NCBI GenBank assembly: GCA_965242965.1
Contig: OZ251518.1
Coordinates: forward strand, 3,232,001-3,296,000
Direction of reading: 5' to 3'
Length of the DNA: 64,000 bases
DNA from: Candidatus Poribacteria bacterium
GTDB taxonomy: Bacteria > Poribacteria > WGA-4E > WGA-3G
Below the pieces are notes generated by a model. The model had not been told where the DNA came from. It worked only from the letters and a program-made list of their open reading frames with translations, and did not search any database. Numbering within the stretch: the first letter of the stretch is position 1; each line of letters starts with the position of its first letter. Both the position numbers and the translations under genes were made by a program. Of the stretch, positions 28,378 through 37,900 are shown one piece after another.

Positions 28378-28744
28378 GGAAAAACATGCATTGAGACAGA
28401 AATCCCAATGCAACGAAAATAACCCGCCACGCAAAGAATGCGTGCGGGATTGAAGATAACATGACGACGAAAGTCGCCGCTGTCAAGTGAATAAGATTTG
28501 CTTAACGCCTGTGGGTGTCGGGGGGGGGCGAGCCTCCCCTCTGGGCATTAAGCCGAACGGGAACTCGTGATGGCGCGACAACGGGCATAGACGCACGGCA
28601 AGCGCGCATCTTTCGGTGCCCAAGCAGGTCTACGGCGACCTCGGTAGCAATGGAAAAAACAATTCGCTGGTTCACGGGTATCGTTCCTCTGTTCGGTTTC
28701 AGTCTCGCGGTGGCGCGTTTTTTTCACGCGCATCACCACGTTTG
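28378..28744 (-). ncRNA. Putative ~365-nt structured ncRNA/leader, copy A
   Basis: Conserved with 61359-61728; multiple stems with compensatory/wobble changes; upstream promoters and U-tailed 3' hairpins. Confidence 0.6.
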
Positions 28745-28749
28745 CATTA

Positions 28750-28955
28750 ATGATACACAAAAATGCAATAAATGTCAAACATTTTTTTTGCGAAAAATCG
28801 TGGAAATGTTCACAATTAACCACATTCTACATAAATTTCGGTTTTTTGTCAACGTTTTTCTGCGAAAAATCGTGAAAAAGGTCAAATTATCGCGGAAATT
28901 CGTCAAAAATGTTTAAAACTGAGTTTATTTTAGCAAATGTCGCATTTTTTGTCAA
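28750..28955 (-). promoter_or_regulatory. Three tandem sigma70 promoters
   Basis: TTGACA-17-TATCAT (28778-28750), TTGACA-17-TAGAAT (28852-28824), TTGACA-17-TAAAAT (28955-28927). Confidence 0.8.
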
Positions 28956-28988
28956 GGTGATTTCGCGAAAAAAAACGCTGCTGCCACC

Positions 28989-29860
28989 GTAGCGCGGGGG
29001 CCTGTCCCCCGCGAACGTTCGATCCAAACGAAAAACGTCGCTTGGAACGTAGCGCGGGGGCCTGTCCCCCGCGATCTACCGACCGAAACGAAAAACGTCC
29101 ACAGCCCAGAGACTACGAACGGTTTCTGTGACAATCTAGGCACGGCGAGGGACAGGCCCTCGCCCTACGGTGAAAGGAGAATTTTGGCACGGCGAGGGGA
29201 ACCCGCTCGCATGCGCGTGTGGCATGCGAGGGCCCTCGCCCTACGGTTCGGCGGCGTGGTTCGGATAGCCACGAAATAAAAAGTATATTAAGGTCCTACA
29301 GACCTTGGCCCTCTTCGCGTCGCCGCGCGCTATAGACATTAAGGTCTTACAGACCTAAAGAGACGTTTCGGCGCGATAAAAACCCCTAATCCTGCTAATC
29401 TTGGAAATCTTGCAAATCCGGAGCAGGATTCTCACGGTCACGCCTGTCAAGACAATCAGGTTTCCCTGATCGTCCCTCTTATCACGATTTTCACGATTAG
29501 AGGTTCTGATGCACCAACACCCCGTGGCCTGCCACAACTGCGCCGGCGTACCAGAGTTCTAATCCTGTGAAATCCTGGAAATCTTGGAAATCCTGCTCAA
29601 TCCTGCTAATCTTGAAAATCTTGGAAATCCTGTTCATATCTTGGAAATCCTGCTCCAGACAAATGAGATCGCGAGGGACAGGCCCTCGCGCTACGGTGGA
29701 AGGAACAATCGATGCATGGCGGGGGACAGGCCCTCGCGCTACGGTGAAAGGGGACGATTTTGGCACGGCGAGGGACAGGCCCTCGCGCTACAGGAACCCC
29801 CGAACGCATCGAGACCCGAGGTCTCTCCTACGGGTGTGCATCGAAATATGAAACATCCTC
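28989..29860. repeat. REP/REPIN and AATCCTG/AATCTTG 9-mer cluster
   Basis: Many GTAG-REP hairpins and tandem AATCTTGGA/AATCCTG units; ends in an orphan TIR-like TATGAAACATCCTC. Confidence 0.8.
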
Positions 29861-29913
29861 TATTAATTCACAATTTTTCCTTGACATCAACAACAATCAA
29901 TGGTAAAATTAAC

Positions 29914-29982
29914 GAAGGTGTTTCATATATCAATGCCTTCCAAGGGGGAATAAATACGGAAACGGAGTTATGAAACACCCTA
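29914..29982. mobile_element. Minimal, degenerate copy of the TIR element without REP cargo
   Basis: GAAGGTGTTTCATA..TATGAAACACCCTA; flanks AATTAAC/AGTTAAC; shares subterminal GGAATAAATAC.GAAAC.GAGTTA with 47501-47792. Confidence 0.55.
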
Positions 29983-30011
29983 AGTTAACTAATCATGAGG
30001 AGGTGGAAGCG

Positions 30012-30971
30012 ATGAGAAATTACAAAAGCGTCCTCACGGCGGTGTTGGCTGCCTTCTGTGTGACACAAGCCTTCGCCGAGGCACCGCCGCTCTACAAAAC
30101 AATCCACGACGCGAAGGCGTTCATTGTCCAGCATCAAAACCGCGATGGCGGTTGGCCGCTCGTGCCGGAAGGCGAGAGCGATGTGGAAATTACGGGGCTT
30201 GCAATCTGGGCGTTGATTGACGCAGGGTGGGGCACCGGCTCGCAGGTGATCCGAAGGGGTGTCGCGTATCTGCGGCATGCGCAGTACGACAACGGCAGCT
30301 GGAATGATAACACGGCGCACACCATCTTCGCCGTTATCGCCTTGGCTGCGGCCGAAACGGATGCGGATGCCCGCTTCAAAGCACTCCGCTGGCTGCGAGC
30401 AGCACAAAACCCCGTTGGCAGCTGGGGAACAAAAGAGAGAACCCCCAGTAATATCCTCTATACCGCCGCTGTCATCGCGGGATTTAAAAGGCTCAATTTC
30501 AAATTCGAGCGCGAGTTCGATGCGGATGACCAGGACATACCGTGGCTCTCGAAAGGCTGTCACTGGTTGTCCCAACGTATTAACTTCGATGGCGGCTGGT
30601 CCCTCCAACGGAGCCCCCGTTCAGACGTTTTTGTGACGGCGTGGGTGTTGCAAGGCTTGGCACCAGTCTATGACATTGACGCGCAAATTGCATGGCTGAA
30701 GCAGATGCAGAACGAAGATGGCGGCTTCGGTAGATACAAGGGCCAGCCGAGCGACCCGGGGGTAACCGCCGCGGCGATTATGGCACTCGCCGCGGGGGCA
30801 GACCCGCTCAATACGCGGCGCGTCGCTATCAACTATTTAATATCGGCGCGGCAAGCAGACGGCAGTTACGTCAGCGATACGCCGATAGAGCTCAGCGAAC
30901 CGACAGTGAACTTGCAGTCTACCTGTTTTGTGCTCATCGCCATCCACGCGAAGAAGGACGAAGAGGAGTGA
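30012..30971 (+). CDS. Secreted prenyltransferase/squalene-cyclase repeat (alpha/alpha barrel) protein
   Basis: Signal peptide; QNRDGGW, QYDNGSW, QNPVGSW, QNEDGGF, QADGSY QW-type repeats; RBS GAGGAGG. Confidence 0.8.
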   Translation: MRNYKSVLTAVLAAFCVTQAFAEAPPLYKTIHDAKAFIVQHQNRDGGWPLVPEGESDVEITGLAIWALIDAGWGTGSQVIRRGVAYLRHAQYDNGSWNDNTAHTIFAVIALAAAETDADARFKALRWLRAAQNPVGSWGTKERTPSNILYTAAVIAGFKRLNFKFEREFDADDQDIPWLSKGCHWLSQRINFDGGWSLQRSPRSDVFVTAWVLQGLAPVYDIDAQIAWLKQMQNEDGGFGRYKGQPSDPGVTAAAIMALAAGADPLNTRRVAINYLISARQADGSYVSDTPIELSEPTVNLQSTCFVLIAIHAKKDEEE

Positions 30972-30994
30972 TGGCGAACGCTTCCGTAGAGGAG

Positions 30995-31426
30995 CAGGAT
31001 TTGCAAGATTTACAAGATTGGCAAGAGATAAGCAGGAATTTCAGGATTTACAAGATTAGGAGCAAGAGACTGTAGTTCGGGAGCGCCTGCTCCCGAACGG
31101 CCGCATGGCGAGGAGAACCCCTTCTTGGCCCGTAGCGCGGGGGCCTGTCCCCCGCGAGCGTTCATGTGCGCGATGGCACGGCGAGGGACAGGCCCTCGCC
31201 CTACGGTAAAGGGCGCGGCCTCGCCAACCGTAGCGCGGGGCCCTCGCATGCCACACGCGCATGCGAGCGGGTTTCCCCCGCGATCTCCAATCCGCGCGAA
31301 AACCGCAAGCCAACCAAGACCGAGGCACGGCGAGGGACAGGCCCTCGCCCTACGGTAAGCGGGACGTTTTTCATCGTAGCGCGGGGGCATGTCACCGCGA
31401 CGTTGAGCAAGTTATGAAATACCCTC
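30995..31426. repeat. REP/REPIN cluster ending in an orphan TIR-like sequence
   Basis: CAGGATTT units, REP pairs, TATGAAATACCCTC at about 31413-31426. Confidence 0.7.
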
Positions 31427-31440
31427 ATACAAATTACTAT

Positions 31441-32814
31441 TTACCTGCGCGGATCGGCGATAGTGGCACCCGGCATGATGTAGTGTATACCTTTGGTCAA
31501 CTGCGCGACTTGACGTTGGAAGTTGTCGCCGAGGGTTTTGCTGGACATGGAGCCAACGCCGCCGATGACGTAAACCCGCGCCCGCGCGCCACGGCACACC
31601 GCAATCGCTTTTCCCGCGGTATACCCTTTGTCTGTCCGCCGGCTCGTCGTCTCATCGGTGACGATGACTAGGATTAATTCGCGTTCCGCAGGTGTGCGGA
31701 GTTTCGGGACACCCTCCATGATGGCATCAAGCAGATGCTCATCTCCCGTTTTCGGGAGGCGAAAGAGCGATTTTACCTGCGCCGGTTCCAACCCCGGTCT
31801 GGTGACAACAACGGTGCTCTCACCGCCGCCGATACCGGCCCAAAATCGGATGAGCCCGAACCGGTAGTCAAGGCCAGCGGCGTTAAACACGGATACCATC
31901 CTGTCCACACCGTCGCACGCCGCGTCTACCTTCCGTTCCATGCTGAGGCTGTAATCAAAGACGAAGACAACGTCCACTTTGTCGGGACGATTTTCCACCA
32001 GATGTTCGGCGATGCGCTTGAACAAACCGTCGATGCGGAGCAGTGCCTTGTCGGCAATTGTGTCGCCGCTCCGAATGAGTTGTCCTGTCATCGGCCGCTG
32101 GTTTGCATCGACAGGATACCATTTACCGCCCGTTTCATCGGTGAGTTCCGCTTGCACCTTTTCGCTGATGCCGATGAAATTGAGGTGGACGTTATTTTGC
32201 TGGCACAAGGCGATGAGCTGCGCGGCAACCTTGTTTTTCGCCTTCGCTTCGGGCCACGAGGTGCGCATCCGTGAATTGCTCACCACGATGAACTGCGTGG
32301 CGACATCCTCGCGGAAGTCGAATTCGTTCAAACCTTTCATGAGCGCGTCTAATCCGTGTCCGGAATTAACGTTATTACCGGATTCAACGCGCATTCGCCG
32401 CAGCGCATCCTCAACGCCGAGGTAGTCTAACTGCCACTGATGCAGCGAGACTTGCGGTTCACCCTGCACCATTTGAAATTCGACGAGGGCAAAGCGGTAG
32501 TCCATCGTTTTTGCTTCTATCACGCCGAGCATCGCCACAAGGTGCTTCTCTAGTGCCGCGATGATGCTGTTCATGCGCCAGCCGCCATCAACGACGAACA
32601 CCACGTCCACTTTCGGATTTTCGGCGTATTGCATCGCACGCTTGGCGATATCCTTAAGGTTTTTGCCGATATCTACCGTGAACGTCTTCTCTTGTTTCGC
32701 ATCGGGGTTCACCAGCATACGATGTCGCCGTCGGGGCGGCTGCACTTGTGCTGTCGCCGCCAGCGTTCCACCGATGAACAGGCTCACTGTGAACAGTAAA
32801 ATCCAATGTTTCAT
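31441..32814 (-). CDS. Secreted protein with two VWA domains
   Basis: Signal MKHWILL; VDVVFVVDGGWRM and VDVVFVFDYSLSM; LVIVTDE. Confidence 0.75.
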   Translation of the reverse strand: MKHWILLFTVSLFIGGTLAATAQVQPPRRRHRMLVNPDAKQEKTFTVDIGKNLKDIAKRAMQYAENPKVDVVFVVDGGWRMNSIIAALEKHLVAMLGVIEAKTMDYRFALVEFQMVQGEPQVSLHQWQLDYLGVEDALRRMRVESGNNVNSGHGLDALMKGLNEFDFREDVATQFIVVSNSRMRTSWPEAKAKNKVAAQLIALCQQNNVHLNFIGISEKVQAELTDETGGKWYPVDANQRPMTGQLIRSGDTIADKALLRIDGLFKRIAEHLVENRPDKVDVVFVFDYSLSMERKVDAACDGVDRMVSVFNAAGLDYRFGLIRFWAGIGGGESTVVVTRPGLEPAQVKSLFRLPKTGDEHLLDAIMEGVPKLRTPAERELILVIVTDETTSRRTDKGYTAGKAIAVCRGARARVYVIGGVGSMSSKTLGDNFQRQVAQLTKGIHYIMPGATIADPRR

Positions 32815-32830
32815 GAAGTCTCCCTTATGG

Positions 32831-34387
32831 CTAAAATTCCACCAAAAGCTGTGGAATGATTGCCGCGCTGCGCGTCGATTTTTCGACGTTGTTGATTTGG
32901 TAAACGAGCCGTGCCAGCGCGCCCTCCGCAAAATGCCACGTCAATGCGCCACCGAGGGTTGTCCACACCTCATCTTCAGGTGTTCGGTTCAAAAATGTGC
33001 CATATTTTCCCGTGTTTGGATTCCATAGATCATATTTTAACCGAACATCTAGGGTTTCTGTCAACGGAATTTCGGCGTGCAGATAGTAACCTGTCACCGT
33101 TGCATCGCGTTCACCTATTTCATTCGGATTTGGCGCGTATTTTAAAAGTAGCGTATCGGTGCCGCGCGTCCACTCCGCCGCAATGTCCACTCGCCAGATT
33201 TTGAAATTTGTCGCCACGCCGACGCGGCGTTTATAGACGAGCGTTGATGGATTTACATCGCCGTTAACCGGATTGAAGGGATAGCTGTTGCCATCAAAGT
33301 AAGACGTGCCGAGCCAGATGCGCTTGCCTAAAAGCGACAGGCTTCCATTGAGATGGAGAAACACAGGCGGGCTGTTATTGCGAATCGGTTTCAAAACGCC
33401 ACCGCCACTCCCGTGCGGCCCGATGCGGATGCCGGATACGACAGTTCCATCTGTTACGGTGCGGAGTGAATCGGGGCCGTCCGCGAGGGACAGCACATAC
33501 GCGACAGGACCGACATAGCCGTTGAGTTGCATTCCCCGGTCGGAAATAAAACCGATATTCTTGCGGACGAGGTTATAGAGAGGGTTCGCGGCGGCATCCG
33601 ATTTGGTATCAATGCCGAAGGTGTGCCGAAATCGCCCTATTTTGAGCGACGCGCCCTTCGGTAAAACCGGCAGTCCTGTCAGAATGGCGTAAACGAACCC
33701 GTGGTCATCGGCAACCTGCGTTCCAAGCGGAGAAGTCGTCAGTAACTGCTCACCTAATACGCTGATATGTTCGCCGACACTCGTCGTCATGACGAATTCG
33801 GCGACGTGGATGAGCGTTGTGCCGGTGTGCCAGTTACCGCGGTCTGGCAGTAAATCTTGTCCACGCGTGATGCGGCGGATATCCAACGCGCCGCCGAAGA
33901 CAAGGTTTCCGAAGGCATCGCTGAGGAGACTCGCGCCGCCTGTATCTTCGCTATCCGCGGCCGGTTCGTCAAAACTAAATATATTTTCATCGTCAAATGC
34001 CACTTCATCGTCATCGTCAGATTCTTCGGCATCAGCGGCAGCCGGCTGCACGGTTTCGGGTGTGCTAGCGGCATCGCCTGGCTGGGCGCGAGCGACAATT
34101 TCCACGATATTGCTGAATCCGTCTTTATCAGAGTCCTCCTCTTCAATGCGAGTGAAGGTGGACATATTCATCCCGTTGTGTAGGAACGCCTTGCCGTAGG
34201 GGTTCGGTGCGTCGCCGCCTTTTTTCGAGAAATGGCAGACGTTGCACCCACCGGCCCATCCATATTTGGCGCGGAACATTTTGTAGAACGCCGGCAAAGC
34301 GGAGGTTTCAGAATATTCGGCGATGCCGCCACAGAAGAGGAAAGTTAAGAATAAAATTAAGATTGTTTTTCGCATAATGGTATCCAT
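32831..34387 (-). CDS. Monoheme cytochrome c domain fused via acidic linker to a putative outer-membrane beta-barrel
   Basis: Signal peptide; CNVCH; DSDKDGFSN Ca-binding-like motif; amphipathic strands ending in C-terminal Phe (QLLVEF). Confidence 0.65.
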   Translation of the reverse strand: MDTIMRKTILILFLTFLFCGGIAEYSETSALPAFYKMFRAKYGWAGGCNVCHFSKKGGDAPNPYGKAFLHNGMNMSTFTRIEEEDSDKDGFSNIVEIVARAQPGDAASTPETVQPAAADAEESDDDDEVAFDDENIFSFDEPAADSEDTGGASLLSDAFGNLVFGGALDIRRITRGQDLLPDRGNWHTGTTLIHVAEFVMTTSVGEHISVLGEQLLTTSPLGTQVADDHGFVYAILTGLPVLPKGASLKIGRFRHTFGIDTKSDAAANPLYNLVRKNIGFISDRGMQLNGYVGPVAYVLSLADGPDSLRTVTDGTVVSGIRIGPHGSGGGVLKPIRNNSPPVFLHLNGSLSLLGKRIWLGTSYFDGNSYPFNPVNGDVNPSTLVYKRRVGVATNFKIWRVDIAAEWTRGTDTLLLKYAPNPNEIGERDATVTGYYLHAEIPLTETLDVRLKYDLWNPNTGKYGTFLNRTPEDEVWTTLGGALTWHFAEGALARLVYQINNVEKSTRSAAIIPQLLVEF

Positions 34388-34433
34388 TTATCGTAGGGCA
34401 AGGGACGAGCCCTCACCCTATCAAACGCGAGGT

Positions 34434-35426
34434 TTAATATGCCTCCAGTTCGATCTCCTTCCCACTAAACCGGTGGTGCGCCTGATTGACGAGCTCCTCA
34501 ATAGTTTCCCACTGCGCGCGCGTCTCATCGGAAATGCCCTCTTTTTCTAGGGCATCAGCGAACTGCGTAAGCGTCTCGACAAACTCCCCCTGCAAGGCGG
34601 CGTATGCCTCTGTCTGTTCAGTGTTCGCTGGCGGTTCAAAATCCGCGATACGCTTCGCGTAGGTAACCAACTGCTCGGCGGCAGCGACGGCTTTCGCCTT
34701 GTCCTCGCCTGCGTCAAAGTAGTCGGCAATCTCAAGATAGGCATCCAGCATCAACATCATGAGTTCACCCAGGTCTTCGATTTCCGGTGGTGCGGTATCG
34801 GGAGCAGGAGTCTTTCCCGATGCATCGGGAGCCGAGGACTCTTTTACCGGCTTCGGTTTCCGTTTGAGGAAGAGGGCGTAACTCATCGCCAGCGTCTTTT
34901 TCGGGAGCAAGGCGACTGCTTCCGATGCGGCCTCGTGTCCTTCAACGGCTGTCACATCCTCGCCGATACTGAAAGGGCTATCAATATCCATGCCGATAAA
35001 CTGTTCCAGGAACTTATCTGCTGTGATAGCATCCGATTCATTGTGGTTGTAAACCTTAACCTTCACCACTTTGCCTTTCATGTCCAGTCCGACTGCGCCG
35101 TCAATAACGCCCCGCGGTCCTTGCACATCAACGAACAGCACCAGTCCCATCGGTTTCTTTTTTTCGTTCATTGGGATGTAGAAAATCGGCTTCTGGTCTT
35201 CGGCGCGAAGCTTAGTGCCTAATTCCTTCTCAACGGCGGCACTCTTCGCCGGGGTAAGCACGGCACTCCGTTGAACGAATTTCTTCGCCTTCGGGAAGAT
35301 AGATGCGAGTTTCTGCCCCGGCCATTCTGTTTCATGCGCCGTGGCGCGCGGGGAAAGCGCGATGCCGAGAAGTAGTAGCACGAGAAGCGTGCCCGTGCTA
35401 GCGGCGCGATAAATTCGAGAAAACAT
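34434..35426 (-). CDS. Secreted FMN-binding-like domain plus C-terminal helical bundle
   Basis: VQGPRGVIDGAVGLD..KVKVYNHNES..FLEQFIG resembles RnfG/FMN_bind fold; flavinylation (S/T)GA(S/T) motif absent. Confidence 0.55.
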   Translation of the reverse strand: MFSRIYRAASTGTLLVLLLLGIALSPRATAHETEWPGQKLASIFPKAKKFVQRSAVLTPAKSAAVEKELGTKLRAEDQKPIFYIPMNEKKKPMGLVLFVDVQGPRGVIDGAVGLDMKGKVVKVKVYNHNESDAITADKFLEQFIGMDIDSPFSIGEDVTAVEGHEAASEAVALLPKKTLAMSYALFLKRKPKPVKESSAPDASGKTPAPDTAPPEIEDLGELMMLMLDAYLEIADYFDAGEDKAKAVAAAEQLVTYAKRIADFEPPANTEQTEAYAALQGEFVETLTQFADALEKEGISDETRAQWETIEELVNQAHHRFSGKEIELEAY

Positions 35427-35553
35427 CTGTAATTTCCTTTTGAGTGATTCACCCCGGAGGCGCGCTTGCAAAGCGCGCCTACCGGAGAGATTCTACATAG
35501 CAATGTCCGCTGCGGCGTTTTTGTTCCTTACTACGCCGCGCGAACGACAAAAA

Positions 35554-36561
35554 TTATTCCACTTCAACCATGAAACTCAGCCAGATAATCCTATCTTCAT
35601 GCTTGAGTTGTCCGAAGATTTGGTAAATGCCGGACTGCGGAAACGTTGTCATCAGATTCACGGTGGGCCCGAATGTATCGGGCAGCGTCCCGTGGTGCTC
35701 GTGGCCGCTGGAAGCGGGCTTCTGATGTGCTGCATGTTCGTTATGCTGCATCATTTTATGGCCCGCGTGCGGGTCTGGCACGATGCCGTGTGTATGGATA
35801 ACACCGTCCAAGCGCGAGCTCACAATTGCGAAGTGCATCGGCGCATCCAAAAACGGCACCAGGTCTTTGAGCGGTTTCCCATCGCGCGAAAAATGGTAGG
35901 CGATGTGAACCGTCTCACCCGCTTGAATCCGGTCGGGTGCATCCATTTTAACGTGATACACTGCATCGGAATTACCGTCGGTTAACGATACCGCTTTTGT
36001 GTACCGGTCACCGCCTTCATCGGTATAACCGAAAACCTGCTTTTCTGTCCGAAAATCGCTTGCCATTTCAGCCATTTTCAGTTCGCCAGTGACATTGACG
36101 TAGACATATTTGGCGAATTCTGCGTCCGCTGTCATCACGTCAACGGCGAGGATGTAGCGGCCGGCGGCAGGGAACGTGAAGTAGACGGTATAGCGTCCGT
36201 CCAGTTCGTCCATCAAGTCGCGAGTTTCAAAATCTTCGGGGTGAACGTGCCCGATGATACCTAAATTCTCGCTGACGATGAGGACATGGAGCACCCGCGC
36301 GTGATGCACCATCAGGTCTGTGACAGGTTCGCCGTTTGCATCGGTGAGGTGGAACGTGAGTTTCGTGGACGTTCCAACCTGAGCAATTTCCGGTTCGCTG
36401 TGCAGCATGACATTGATGGCCGCGGCTGTATCAGCCTGATGTGCGCGGTGCGCGTCGTGGCCCGCGTGTTCTTCGGCGAAACTCATCCCGATGAGGGAGA
36501 GAAAGCCGAGGGTGACTATCGCCAACACGGCGATAGCGTTCTTGGTTTTTCTGGGTTGCAT
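35554..36561 (-). CDS. Secreted His/Met-rich heavy-metal (Cu?)-binding protein with two YtkA-like Ig domains
   Basis: Signal peptide; HHARVLHVLIVS..HVHP and PMHFAIVS..HTHG; His-rich linkers; FPAAGRY / FPQSGIYQIFGQ. Confidence 0.7.
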   Translation of the reverse strand: MQPRKTKNAIAVLAIVTLGFLSLIGMSFAEEHAGHDAHRAHQADTAAAINVMLHSEPEIAQVGTSTKLTFHLTDANGEPVTDLMVHHARVLHVLIVSENLGIIGHVHPEDFETRDLMDELDGRYTVYFTFPAAGRYILAVDVMTADAEFAKYVYVNVTGELKMAEMASDFRTEKQVFGYTDEGGDRYTKAVSLTDGNSDAVYHVKMDAPDRIQAGETVHIAYHFSRDGKPLKDLVPFLDAPMHFAIVSSRLDGVIHTHGIVPDPHAGHKMMQHNEHAAHQKPASSGHEHHGTLPDTFGPTVNLMTTFPQSGIYQIFGQLKHEDRIIWLSFMVEVE

Positions 36562-36748
36562 TGTTATTGCCTCCGTTCTGTTTAACCCGTTTAATTCATA
36601 AGGATTTACGCATGACAAACCCGGTAGGTATGCCCCTACGGAATGGGAATTTACGTAAGTCCTATCTATTAAAAGTTGCGCGCGAGTTCCATAGCACGAG
36701 GAACCCGTGCGTAAAAAGAGAAAGAGAAGCGCGCGGAAAAAGCGCGAC

Positions 36749-37162
36749 TTAACAACGGGTAAACGGCGGCCCCCGGCGGGATAGGGAGTAACTCGGGGGG
36801 GCAGGATATAGGATATGAGGCGGCAATGGGAGTGCGCGAGAAATCTGCGGCACAACCGGCGCAATCACGGTATCGCGCTCGCTGAGCATGCCTGTCGGAT
36901 TGAGAGGCAGTTCGTGCCTATTGAAGGTATCATCTGCTGGAAAAACCAGTTTCAGTTCGATGATGCAGCACAACTCGCCATTTTCGGGTGGCGTTTCAGA
37001 TTCCGCTGCTGCTTCAGTCTTTTGGCAGCAAGCGGCTTGCGCCTCTGTCTGCTCGCTGTGGCACAACTTCTGTTCCAAAGTTGCACAGAGAAGCGGGCAG
37101 ACGGTATAGACGTAGACGATGCCCATGATGACGATGAAAAACTGCCGGTGTTTTCGTAACAT
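36749..37162 (-). CDS. DUF2946-like Cys-rich upstream ORF ending in RGPP
   Basis: N-terminal hydrophobic segment, CPLLC, ACC, LCC, Pro-rich linker, C-terminal SRRGPP. Confidence 0.65.
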   Translation of the reverse strand: MLRKHRQFFIVIMGIVYVYTVCPLLCATLEQKLCHSEQTEAQAACCQKTEAAAESETPPENGELCCIIELKLVFPADDTFNRHELPLNPTGMLSERDTVIAPVVPQISRALPLPPHILYPAPPSYSLSRRGPPFTRC

Positions 37163-37332
37163 TGCTCCACAAACCTCAAAGCGAAGGAAAAATTGAACTT
37201 ACAAAGATATTATACACCATAACTCGCAAAAAGTTGCAAAAAAAATATGTCTATAAAAAAGTTTGCTTAATTTGCGGATTTGTGTTAAGATAAAAGACGA
37301 AGTCAGATCAGAAACCTAGCGATACTGAAAGT

Positions 37333-37608
37333 ATGAAGACAGAACCAATCCAACTCCAATTCTACACGAAGCCGGATTGCCCGCTGTGTGATGAGGCGAA
37401 ATCAGTGTTGGAAAGCCTCGTGGCGAAGGCACCGAGGTTTGAGGTTGAAGATATTGACATCACCCGGAATCTTGGGTTGTTTACGAAGTATAAAAATCTG
37501 ATTCCGGTTCTTGAGATGGATGGGAAGCGACTTTTCGTCCATCGGATCGGGCGGCGGCAGTTGCTGCTGCAGTTGCGCTGGCACCGGTTACGGAAATACT
37601 TAACCTGA
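37333..37608 (+). CDS. Glutaredoxin-like protein (DUF836-like)
   Basis: FYTKPDCPLCDEAK, IPVL. Confidence 0.85.
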   Translation: MKTEPIQLQFYTKPDCPLCDEAKSVLESLVAKAPRFEVEDIDITRNLGLFTKYKNLIPVLEMDGKRLFVHRIGRRQLLLQLRWHRLRKYLT

Positions 37609-37768
37609 GGGTGTTTCATATCTCAATGGCTTCCTGGTAGGAGAGCCCTCCCGGTCTCGATGCCCACCGTATCGGGACAAGGATGTCCCTCCTACCGGAA
37701 GGCACCGGGCCACCTCGTAGCGCGGGGGCCTGTCCCCCGCGACGTTGAGCGATTTATGAAACACCCTC
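37607..37768. mobile_element. MITE-like TIR element inserted at the glutaredoxin stop codon
   Basis: 14-bp TIRs; 9-bp direct repeat ACTTAACCT on both sides. Confidence 0.85.
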
Positions 37769-37900
37769 ACTTAACCTAAATCCGTCTGAGGCTCTTTTCC
37801 ACCGAGAGTCCCGATAGGTGACGCATATCGGGACCAGGAAATGTCTCCGAGTCAGGAGATTCAATGTTCCTCGGGGCGGATGAAATGAAAGGAGATTGTA

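Noticed and set aside
28378-28744. RNase P, tmRNA, T-box or c-di-AMP identity for the ~365-nt RNA
   Set aside because: Lacks GAGGAAAGUCC core, tRNA-like CCA end, UGGNACC antiterminator and ydaO consensus
28515-28916. Plus-strand ORFs conserved in both ncRNA copies (also 61496-61885)
   Set aside because: Internal frameshift between copies, no RBS, runs antisense through promoters; substitutions fit RNA pairing rather than codons
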